Shown here piece by piece: positions 38,917-46,772 of a stretch of 64,000 nucleotides of DNA (within the stretch, counting starts at the first letter, position 1; every line of letters starts with the position of its first letter). The notes below the pieces were generated by a model. It ran no database searches. It saw only the letters and a program-made list of their open reading frames with translations, and was not told the DNA's origin. A program made the translations under genes and the position numbers. Location of the stretch: the NCBI GenBank assembly GCA_963675745.2, contig CAXXWX010000001.1:250797-314796 (forward strand). The letters are read 5' to 3'. The stretch comes from Phycisphaerae bacterium (lineage in GTDB: Bacteria > Planctomycetota > Phycisphaerae > UBA1845 > Fen-1342).

Positions 38917-39993
38917 ATGCGAGCCCCTCGGAGCCTCAAAAGGTTGGCGCTGGTTCTTCTGGTTGTGCTTGTGGCGCGGCAAAACACGACCGCCCGCGCG
39001 GCCGAACTTCCCGGTGTTCGCATCCTGGCCACGGGTGGCACTATCGCCGCCGCCCAGGACGCGGACAAGGACACCACATACCAGGCCGGGCAGCTCTCCG
39101 TTGATGTGCTGATCGATGCGGTCCCGCAAGTTCGTACGCTGGCCGATGTCGCCGGCGAACAGGTCTGCAATATTGGCAGCCAGGACATAACCGACGCGAT
39201 CTGGCTCAAGCTCGCGCGGCGCATTAACGAACTCGCCCAGGACGATGACGTCGCCGGCATCGTCATCACACACGGCACCGATACGATCGAGGAGACGGCT
39301 TACTTCCTGCACCTGACCGCCAAAACAGACAAGCCGATCGTCTTGACCGGCGCCATGCGCTCGCCGACCGACTTGAGTGCCGACGGCCCGCGGAACCTCT
39401 TTAATGCCGTGGCCGTCGCGGCCGATCCCAAAGCGAAATCGCGCGACGTGCTGGTCGTGTTCAACGACGAGATCCACGGCGCGCGCGACGTGACCAAGCT
39501 GCACACGACCTCGATCGCGGCGTTTGCCTCACCGAACAGCGGCCCGCTGGGGCACATTCGCGACGGCGGGTGTAAGTTTGCCGAGCGGCCGATGCGCGAG
39601 CACACGACTCGGGCTCCATTCGATCTGACGGATCACGAGAAGCTGCCCGCCGTGTCGATTATCTACGCCCACGCGAACATGCAGCGCACGCTGATTGACG
39701 CGGCGTGTGAGGCCGGCGCAAAGGGCCTGGTGATTGCCGGCGTCGGCAACGGGAACATGAGCGCGGCGGCGCTGGCGGCGCTGGATGACGCAGTCGGCCG
39801 AAACATCGCGGTGGTGCGCAGCACGCGCGTGCCCGCCGGTCCGATCGTGCGCAACCTCGAAATCGACGACGACCAGCGCGGCTTCATCACCGCCGGCACG
39901 CTAAACCCGCAGAAAGCGCGCGTATTGCTGATGCTCGCGCTGACGAGCACGACGGATGCGGGCGAGATTCAGAAGATGTTCGAGAAGTACTGA
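38917..39993 (+). CDS. ansB: Type II (secreted) L-asparaginase
   Basis: ATGGTIA, NIGSQD, HGTDTIEET, LTGAMR, SADGP, GVGNGN, LNPQKAR; AGGAGG RBS. Confidence 0.95.
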   Translation: MRAPRSLKRLALVLLVVLVARQNTTARAAELPGVRILATGGTIAAAQDADKDTTYQAGQLSVDVLIDAVPQVRTLADVAGEQVCNIGSQDITDAIWLKLARRINELAQDDDVAGIVITHGTDTIEETAYFLHLTAKTDKPIVLTGAMRSPTDLSADGPRNLFNAVAVAADPKAKSRDVLVVFNDEIHGARDVTKLHTTSIAAFASPNSGPLGHIRDGGCKFAERPMREHTTRAPFDLTDHEKLPAVSIIYAHANMQRTLIDAACEAGAKGLVIAGVGNGNMSAAALAALDDAVGRNIAVVRSTRVPAGPIVRNLEIDDDQRGFITAGTLNPQKARVLLMLALTSTTDAGEIQKMFEKY

Positions 39994-40008
39994 CGGCGAG
40001 GTGCCCGA

Positions 40009-40116
40009 CTGGCGGAATATCTTGGATACTAACGGCTGGCGGAATCTCTTGACCACGGACGGCGGGCTGAGTCTCTTAGCTACCAACGGCGGGCGGAGTT
40101 TCCTAGCTACCAACAG
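40009..40116. repeat. 27-bp tandem repeat, 4 degenerate copies
   Basis: ctggcggaatatcttggatactaacgg / ctggcggaatctcttgaccacggacgg / cgggctgagtctcttagctaccaacgg / cgggcggagtttcctagctaccaacag. Confidence 0.8.
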
Positions 40117-40172
40117 ACAGACGGTTGCAAGCGGTAAACACGGGTAGATGCCGCGCCACGCCGTGAGCACCA

Positions 40173-40845
40173 TCTCGGTCGGCTTCAGCCGACCAGCTTT
40201 TGCCACCAACTTCAGTTGGTGGAGGTCATTGATGCTGCGGCTCCGGCCATTTAGCCGGCTTCAGCCGGGCTTCCCGGACTCCTCTGTACAGTCATCGCAG
40301 GTCTCAAGGCGGCCGAAAACACGGTTCGAGGCGTGGTGTTCTCGTTGGCCGCGAACATAGTCCACGATCCACGAGAGATTCCTGGCGCCAAAGGTCACGG
40401 CGCCATAGCCGCGTTGCCACTCGAGGGCCTTGTGTCCCAGCCGCTTGTTCACCTCGCGCGCCGAGGCGCCTTTGATCTCCTGCACGAGTTCGCTGATTGC
40501 CAGGAAGGGTTCGAACTGCACCGCAAGATGAACATGATCATCTGTGCCGCCCTGCGCGATGAGCCGGATACCCTTCATCGCCGCGGCTTTCGTCCGTATA
40601 GACGAATGTGTGAACTCCTCGACGTTGCCTTGCAGCAGGCGACAGTCGGCCTTCGTGTGCCAATTCAGATGCACATATAACTCGTGATAGACATGACTGC
40701 TCATCGGCCCACCCTACCCCATGATCGGAAGCCCGGCTGAAGCCCGGCTGAAGTCTGTTCGGACAGGGAGAGATTAAGGGAAGGCCTTCGCGTTTTCCAC
40801 CAGATGAATCTGGTGGCAAGAGCCGGTCGGCTGAAGCCGACCAGA
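40173..40845. mobile_element. HUH Y1 transposase gene flanked by inverted triple-hairpin modules (IS200-like or REP-associated element)
   Basis: Module at 40173-40272 and inverted module at 40729-40845 bracket tnpA; all stems close a TTCA/TGAA loop; no tnpB. Confidence 0.75.
40261..40704 (-). CDS. tnpA: IS200/IS605-superfamily Y1 transposase
   Basis: YVHLNWHTK, HUH motif DHVHL, IKGAS, WQRGYGA, catalytic YVRGQ (YxxxQ). Confidence 0.93.
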   Translation of the reverse strand: MSSHVYHELYVHLNWHTKADCRLLQGNVEEFTHSSIRTKAAAMKGIRLIAQGGTDDHVHLAVQFEPFLAISELVQEIKGASAREVNKRLGHKALEWQRGYGAVTFGARNLSWIVDYVRGQREHHASNRVFGRLETCDDCTEESGKPG

Positions 40846-41038
40846 GGGATTGCAAGAGGACCCAGGCCAATTCAAGCCTATCGGGCCAACTCAAGCCGAT
40901 CATGCGGCGATCGGCCTTGATACGCCATCTGGCAGGAACGGCCCAACCCCAGCGGCCGGCCGAAGCCGGCCCAATCGAAGCCTGCGCTCATGATCGTCAT
41001 CCGCGGCCCGCATTCGTGTCATCGCCCCATGTGCGTGT

Positions 41039-41327
41039 GAGCAGTCGACGCCGATGTGCGCAACTGGGTTGCGCTATCGGTCGGTCTCGGTGCCGTCGGC
41101 CCAAACGCGTCTGAGCAGTCGACGCCAATGCGCGCAGCCAGGTTGCGCTGTCGGTCGGTCTCGGTGCGGTCGGCCCAGACGCATGCGAGCAGTCGACGCC
41201 GATGCGCGCGGTCGGGCTGCGCTGTCGGTCGGTCTCGGTGCCGTCGGCCCAAACGCATGCGAGCAGTCGACGCCGATGCGCGCGGTCGGGCTGCGCTGTG
41301 GGTCGGTCGCGGTGCCGTCGGCCAGCC
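41039..41327. repeat. 74-bp tandem repeat, 4 copies, each with an internal hairpin
   Basis: gagcagtcgacgcc starts at 41039, 41113, 41187 and 41261 (exact 74-bp period); copies align along their whole length. Confidence 0.92.
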
Positions 41328-41334
41328 TGCGCGC

Positions 41335-41432
41335 TCTCGGTCGGCTTCAGCCGACCAGCTTTTGCCACCAACTTCAGTTGGTGGATCCCCTCCGCCGCAC
41401 TTCTATCATGTAGCCGGCTTCAGCCGGGCTTC
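41335..41432. repeat. Third copy of the triple-hairpin module
   Basis: 41335-41385 is identical to 40173-40223; a different spacer follows, then tagccggcttcagccgggcttc. Confidence 0.9.
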
Positions 41433-42226
41433 TCCTGAGCCCGCTCGCGGCTTGCGTCGGCGATCAGGATGCTCAGGTCGCGGAAGGTCTTGAGATCGCC
41501 GAGCGTGACGCGTTTCGGGGGAATGTACCAGCCAACCAGAACCCTTATCGCCAGGAGTGAACACGCCACGATCATGACAAGCGCCAAGACTCTCAGCGGT
41601 ACGTCGTACCCCATGCACATGGCTGCTAACGTAACGAGCAAGAGCGGCGACGTGCCAAACGCTAACAGCCTGACTCTGTCATACCCGGGTCTTTCCGCCC
41701 TGAGCAGCGGCAGGCATCCTGGCGCCAGCTTGACCAACTCGAACGCAAGGCGTACGCCGTCACTGCGGAGGTATGGATCGAGCGCGGCAGATGGCGTGAC
41801 TCCCGCTCGATCGACGCCCAAACGCGCGAGGGTCCACCGGATTGTGAAGAAGGCCCCCGCCGCCCAACACTTGCGGCCGAGGACGTTAACAGGCTCAACG
41901 ACCGGCCGTTGAGCCTCGACAGCGATCAATTCAGACAGATCCCGCAGGGTGTGTGCGCGCCCGGACTCCAATACAGCATCCAGCTTCTCTTGTGTGATGG
42001 TCGTCCCGAGAACCTCATTGATGCACTGCGCCGCATCTGTCCAGCCTTCCATATCAAGTGCACGTCGCCAGTCGGTGATCGGCGTGTCGTGTGACAGATC
42101 GATGTCGATAGCGCCCGCGCATACGAACGCACAAGCCTGCCGCCGGCATTCGCGCAGCGCTGCCAGCACCTCGTCGGGCGTCATGCGCTCAAGTCGCTGC
42201 TCGGGGTCCTCTCCAAACATGCCCAT
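41420..42226 (-). CDS. Hypothetical protein with two C-terminal TM helices
   Basis: GGGAG RBS; internal TLRDLSELIA and TFRDLSILIA repeats; weaker GC3 bias than neighbours; stop codon lies inside the hairpin module. Confidence 0.75.
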   Translation of the reverse strand: MGMFGEDPEQRLERMTPDEVLAALRECRRQACAFVCAGAIDIDLSHDTPITDWRRALDMEGWTDAAQCINEVLGTTITQEKLDAVLESGRAHTLRDLSELIAVEAQRPVVEPVNVLGRKCWAAGAFFTIRWTLARLGVDRAGVTPSAALDPYLRSDGVRLAFELVKLAPGCLPLLRAERPGYDRVRLLAFGTSPLLLVTLAAMCMGYDVPLRVLALVMIVACSLLAIRVLVGWYIPPKRVTLGDLKTFRDLSILIADASRERAQEKPG

Positions 42227-42334
42227 TGCCGTCTCCCGCTTGATCAGCCCGGGCAATCGCTCAACGATACGACGAGAAACACGCGTTTTCGTCGGGCACG
42301 GCGGCCCGACGTTGCAGTTGGTCCGGGCCCGGGG

Positions 42335-43978
42335 CTATAGGCGCTTCGGACCGGCCTTGACTACCGCCGGGTCGCAGCCTTCGGTGAAGAGCTTGAAGTT
42401 CTCCATGTAACGGGCGACCAGGGCGTCGTAGGTCTTCCAGTACTCGTCCTTGTTGCCCCAGGCGTTGGCCGGCTCCAGCACGTCTTCCGGCACATCGGGA
42501 CAGCTCGTCGGTACGTCAAAGCCGAAGAGCCTGTCCTGGCGATACTCGACCTTATCGAGCTTGCCGTCCAGGGCGGCGTTGAGCAGGTTGCGCGTGTGGC
42601 GGATGCTGATGCGCTTGCCGACGCCGAAGCGCCCGCCGACCCAACCTGTGTTGACCAACCAGCAGGTGCTGTTGTGCTTGGCCATCTTGTCGGCCAGCAG
42701 CTTGGCGTAGAAGAACGGGTGGTGCACCATGAAGGGCGCGCCGAAGCACGCGCTGAACGTGATCTGCGGCTCGATCCCGAGGCCGATCTCGGTGCCGGCG
42801 ATCTTGGCGGTATAACCGCTGATGAAGTGATACATGGCCTGGTTGCTGTCGAGCCGGGCGATCGGCGGCAAAACGCCGGAGGCATCGCAGGTCAGGAAGA
42901 TGACGTTCTTGGGATGTGAATTGACGTATCCCTCTTCGACGACGTTGGGGATCATGCTGAGCGGGTAGCTGGCCCGCGTGTTTTCGGTAAACGCGTCATC
43001 GTCGAGATCGATGTGCCGCGAGGTGCGGTCCCACACGACGTTTTCGAGGATCGTGCCGAAGCTGTGCGTGGTCTCGTAAATCTGCGGCTCGTGCTCGGCG
43101 GAGAGGCGGATGACCTTGGCATAGCAACCGCCCTCGAAGTTGAAGACGCCCTCGTCGCTCCAGCCGTGCTCATCGTCGCCGATCAGCCGCCGTCGTGGAT
43201 CAGCGGACAGCGTGGTTTTGCCGGTACCGGACAGGCCGAAGAAGAGGGCCACATCATCGCCGGCGCCGACATTGGCGGAACAGTGCATGGCCATGACGCC
43301 CTTCAGCGGCAACAGGAAGTTCATGACCGTGAAGACGCTCTTCTTGATCTCGCCGCCGTAGCTGCTGTTGGCGATGATGCCCATTCGTTCGGCGAAGTTG
43401 AGCATGATGGCGGTATCGGTGCGCGTGCCGTCGATGCGCGGATCGACCTTGAACGACGGTGCCGCGATGATGGTGAACTCGGGCACGTGCGTGCGCAGCG
43501 TTTCCGGATCTGAGGTTGTCAGGAGCATGTTGCGCGCGAAATGGCTGTGCCAGGCCTTCTCGGCGATGACGCGGATGGGCATGCGGTATTCCGGCGCCGC
43601 GCCGACAAAACAATCCTGCACGAAGAGTTCTTCGCCCTGGAAGAAAGCCTGCAAGCGCGTCAGGACGCTGTTGAAGCCGCCGACGCTGGCCGGACGGTTG
43701 TACTCCCCCCACCAGACTTTGTCCTCGGTGGAATGTTCGCGCACGACGTACTTGTCCGCCGCCGCCCGCGCGCTCCATTTGCCGGTGTTGACGACAAACG
43801 GCCCGCCGCGCACGAGATTGCCCTCGTTGCGGAAGATGGCCTCTTCGACCAGGGCCTCGGTCGGCAGGTTCCAGAACACGCGGTCGAGATGCGTCAGGCC
43901 GTGATTCTTGAGCTTGTAATCGCCGGCCAGGCCCTTGGCTTGCTTCGTGGCGGGGGTGTCGAATTCGAGGTATTTCAT
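42335..43978 (-). CDS. pckA: Phosphoenolpyruvate carboxykinase (ATP)
   Basis: YGGEIKKS, MHCSAN, FFGLSGTGKTTLSAD, LIGDDEHGW, NFEGGCYAK, ENTRASYP. Confidence 0.97.
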   Translation of the reverse strand: MKYLEFDTPATKQAKGLAGDYKLKNHGLTHLDRVFWNLPTEALVEEAIFRNEGNLVRGGPFVVNTGKWSARAAADKYVVREHSTEDKVWWGEYNRPASVGGFNSVLTRLQAFFQGEELFVQDCFVGAAPEYRMPIRVIAEKAWHSHFARNMLLTTSDPETLRTHVPEFTIIAAPSFKVDPRIDGTRTDTAIMLNFAERMGIIANSSYGGEIKKSVFTVMNFLLPLKGVMAMHCSANVGAGDDVALFFGLSGTGKTTLSADPRRRLIGDDEHGWSDEGVFNFEGGCYAKVIRLSAEHEPQIYETTHSFGTILENVVWDRTSRHIDLDDDAFTENTRASYPLSMIPNVVEEGYVNSHPKNVIFLTCDASGVLPPIARLDSNQAMYHFISGYTAKIAGTEIGLGIEPQITFSACFGAPFMVHHPFFYAKLLADKMAKHNSTCWLVNTGWVGGRFGVGKRISIRHTRNLLNAALDGKLDKVEYRQDRLFGFDVPTSCPDVPEDVLEPANAWGNKDEYWKTYDALVARYMENFKLFTEGCDPAVVKAGPKRL

Positions 43979-43996
43979 GTTGCTGCTCCAGAGCCG

Positions 43997-44075
43997 TCAG
44001 CTATCAGTTTTCAGCTATCAGCAATCGGCCGTCGGCGGGCGGGAGCTGATGGCTCATCGCTGACGGCTGAAAGCT
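43997..44075. repeat. Inverted heptamer arrays (TCAGCNN ... GCTGANN)
   Basis: tcagcta tcagttt tcagcta tcagcaa tcggccg, then gctgatg gctcatc gctgacg gctgaaa; same unit as 10019-10233. Confidence 0.75.
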
Positions 44076-44078
44076 CGT

Positions 44079-45296
44079 TTAACTCCAATCGCGCACCAGC
44101 TTGCGGTCGCCGATGTAGAGCTCGTTGGGGGCGTTCGGGTCGAGTGCCCACTTCATCCGTTCGATGCCCTCCGTGATGTCCTTCACACCGCCGCAGAAAC
44201 TGATCCGCAGGTGGCCATCGAGGCCGAACTCGATGCCCGGCACGGTGACAACCTGGACCTTGTCGAGCAGGAAGTATGCCAGTTTGGTTGAGTCCTTGTC
44301 ATAGGCGCTGAAATCGGCGAAGCAGTAAAACGTGCCGTCGGGTTTGGTGACCTTGACGCCGTCAAATGCTCGCAGCCGAGCGATGAGGATGTTGCGGTTG
44401 TTCTCGAGCGTGGTCCGCAGATTCTCGACGCTTGACTGCACGCCGTTGAGGGCCCCCACCGCCGCGTGCTGCAGCAGCGCCGACGGCCCCGAAGTCTGGT
44501 GCCCCTGGATGTTGGTCATGACCTCGGTGAGTTTCTTGTTGGCAACCGACCAGCCGATGCGGAAGCCGGTCATGGCGTACTGTTTTGAAACGCCGTTGAT
44601 GATGATCAGCTTCGAGTTCTCGCTCTTGTCCTTGGCGTACTCATAGGGATTGATCGGCTTGCGGCCGTCGAACACCAGGCGGTGGTAAATATCGTCCATG
44701 ATCAGATACAGGTCGCGCTTCTCGCAGAATTGAATGATGTCGGCGATGAACTCCTCGGAGTACATCACGCCCGACGGGTTGTTGGGGCTGTTGATGATCA
44801 CGCACTTGGTATACGACCCGACGCACTGCTCGATGTCCTGAATCCGCGGATGGAACGTGCCATCTTCAGCCTTGACCGGCACGGGCACAGCGCCGCACAG
44901 TCGCACCATCTCCGGGTAGCTCACCCAGTACGGCACGGGGAAAATGCACTCTTCCTGGGGGTTCAGCACGGCCTGCAGCGCGACCATGATGGCCTGCTTC
45001 GCGCCGCCCGAGGCCATCACGTGCTCCGGCGCCACCTTGCGGTGATAGAACTCATCCGTGTAGCGAATGATGGCTTGCTTCAACGCGGGCATGCCGTCCG
45101 CCGGCGTATAGCGGATCTCACCGGAGTTCAGCAGAGCCGACGCGGCGATCAGTGCGTCAATGGGCGATTTGCTCTTTGGCTCCCCGCCACCCAGGTGGAT
45201 AACCGGATCGCCTTTGGCGCGGAGAATAGCGGCGGTTTCGTTCAGTTTGAGCGTTGCTGAGGGGCTGATTGATCGGGCAATCTGACTATAGCTCAT
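44079..45296 (-). CDS. aspC: Class I/II PLP aminotransferase (aspartate aminotransferase type)
   Basis: GEP, GGAKQA, PYWVSY, NSPNNPSG, DDIY, SKQYAMTGFRIG. Confidence 0.9.
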   Translation of the reverse strand: MSYSQIARSISPSATLKLNETAAILRAKGDPVIHLGGGEPKSKSPIDALIAASALLNSGEIRYTPADGMPALKQAIIRYTDEFYHRKVAPEHVMASGGAKQAIMVALQAVLNPQEECIFPVPYWVSYPEMVRLCGAVPVPVKAEDGTFHPRIQDIEQCVGSYTKCVIINSPNNPSGVMYSEEFIADIIQFCEKRDLYLIMDDIYHRLVFDGRKPINPYEYAKDKSENSKLIIINGVSKQYAMTGFRIGWSVANKKLTEVMTNIQGHQTSGPSALLQHAAVGALNGVQSSVENLRTTLENNRNILIARLRAFDGVKVTKPDGTFYCFADFSAYDKDSTKLAYFLLDKVQVVTVPGIEFGLDGHLRISFCGGVKDITEGIERMKWALDPNAPNELYIGDRKLVRDWS

Positions 45297-45647
45297 GGTG
45301 CTTCCTCGTTTGACAGCCGGCGGCAGACGCGGCCGGCCAGCCACGGATTACCGATCGCCACAAGCTATGCCCGCCGGCGCGGGGCGTCAACTCCGCCGGG
45401 CGACCATCCACGGATTCGGATTTCGGGAGCGTCTGGTGTTCCCTGGTCCGGCTGGAGACGGACGCTTTCGGCCCTGCGCAGGCGGGTGCATGCCAGCGTC
45501 CGGTCGCTCAGAACCAGGACCTGCCAACCAGTGGGCGAACGCGTTTCAGCGGCTCAATTCCAGGGCGCAAAACGCTCAATTCGACCCTGGGTCGGCTGTT
45601 CCCGGGACGACGCGGGTGACGATAGGATACGTAGCGGATTCAGACCG

Positions 45648-46421
45648 ATGATCGATGTGCAAGCCCATCTCGGAACGATCGACGGCAGCGAGCGCCGGCT
45701 CGATGCGCTCAGGAGCTATGCCGACAGCGGCCAGGCCGAGATGATCCTGGTCTCGCACAGCGATCACACGCCCGAGGGTGGTGAGCTCGACGAAACTGAA
45801 GCCAACCTGGCCTGCCTGAAGGCCTGTCGTGACAATGACCGGCTGCGACCACTATACTGGGTCCGGCCCGGGCTGGTCGACAGCAACCCGCAAGTGTTTG
45901 CCGGTGCCCTGAGCAGCGAGCCGTTTGTCGGCGCGGTATTCAGCCCCGCGGAGCACGGCTACGCGCTGGATGACTCGGCCAGACTCGCCCCCTACCTTGG
46001 CGTGCTGGACCAGCTCAAGCGCCCGGCCCTGGTGCGCATCGGACGCGAGACCAGCGTCGGTGGGCGCCAGTTGCTCACGTTCGCCCAGAAGTGGCCCGGC
46101 GTGCCGATCATCCTCTGTGGTGGCCTGGCCAACATCCGCCAGCATGACCTGCACGACACGGCGACGAACGCCGCCCGACGTAACGATGCTGACATCTACC
46201 TGACAACATCGAATGTCAGCGCCGCCGACGTCGCCGCCGCCGTGGCCGGTTCCGGCCATGAGCGGCTGATCTTCGGCTCGGACGCCTGCTGCCGTGGGGC
46301 GGAACACGCTGAGTTCGTCGCGGCCCAACTCAAGACACTCCAGGAGCGCCTGGCCACCACGGCGTTCCAACAGATCACACAGGACACCGCCCACCGCATC
46401 TTCGCCGCCGACGGCGACTAG
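45648..46421 (+). CDS. Amidohydrolase-fold protein with degenerate metal ligands
   Basis: MIDVQAHLG, PGVPIILC, ERLIFGSD, TAHRIF match the amidohydrolase_2 layout. Confidence 0.7.
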   Translation: MIDVQAHLGTIDGSERRLDALRSYADSGQAEMILVSHSDHTPEGGELDETEANLACLKACRDNDRLRPLYWVRPGLVDSNPQVFAGALSSEPFVGAVFSPAEHGYALDDSARLAPYLGVLDQLKRPALVRIGRETSVGGRQLLTFAQKWPGVPIILCGGLANIRQHDLHDTATNAARRNDADIYLTTSNVSAADVAAAVAGSGHERLIFGSDACCRGAEHAEFVAAQLKTLQERLATTAFQQITQDTAHRIFAADGD

Positions 46422-46590
46422 AGCAATTTCAGTAATGACGCGGTGGCTTACACTGTCGGGGTGGGTCGGGCGTCTCGCCCGACTTCGACGAAAGCAGTAC
46501 ATAGGCGGGCGGGACGCCCGCCCCACCCGCGTATGGGCAACGGACTGTTGTTGAAACCGCGCTGACGCCGCCTCCAGGCCAACTGCTTCG

Positions 46591-46685
46591 CGCGTATGGC
46601 ACTGTAGCGGCCTGCGCCTCGCAGGCCGTCGATGTGAAACGGCGTTTCTGAGACGAAGTGACCAGCGAGGCGCCTGCCGCCGCCG
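46591..46685. repeat. Family A REP with conserved flanks
   Basis: GTAG-cggcctgcg-cct-cgcaggccg at 46604-46628; 46591-46651 matches the reverse complement of 38754-38814 at 53 of 61 positions by hand alignment. Confidence 0.8.
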
Positions 46686-46772
46686 GGCCGACGCAGCAAG
46701 TGCTTTGTCCGTACAACAGCCACACGCGCCCCGCGACTCTGCATCGCCGCACGTGAGAGGCGTTGTCTGACT

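Noticed and set aside
40705..41038. tnpB, IscB or omega-RNA accompanying tnpA
   Set aside because: No RuvC-like or zinc-finger ORF next to tnpA; only hairpins and short degenerate repeats.
41039..41327. CRISPR array
   Set aside because: Units align over their full 74 bp with no unique spacers, and there are no cas genes in the window.
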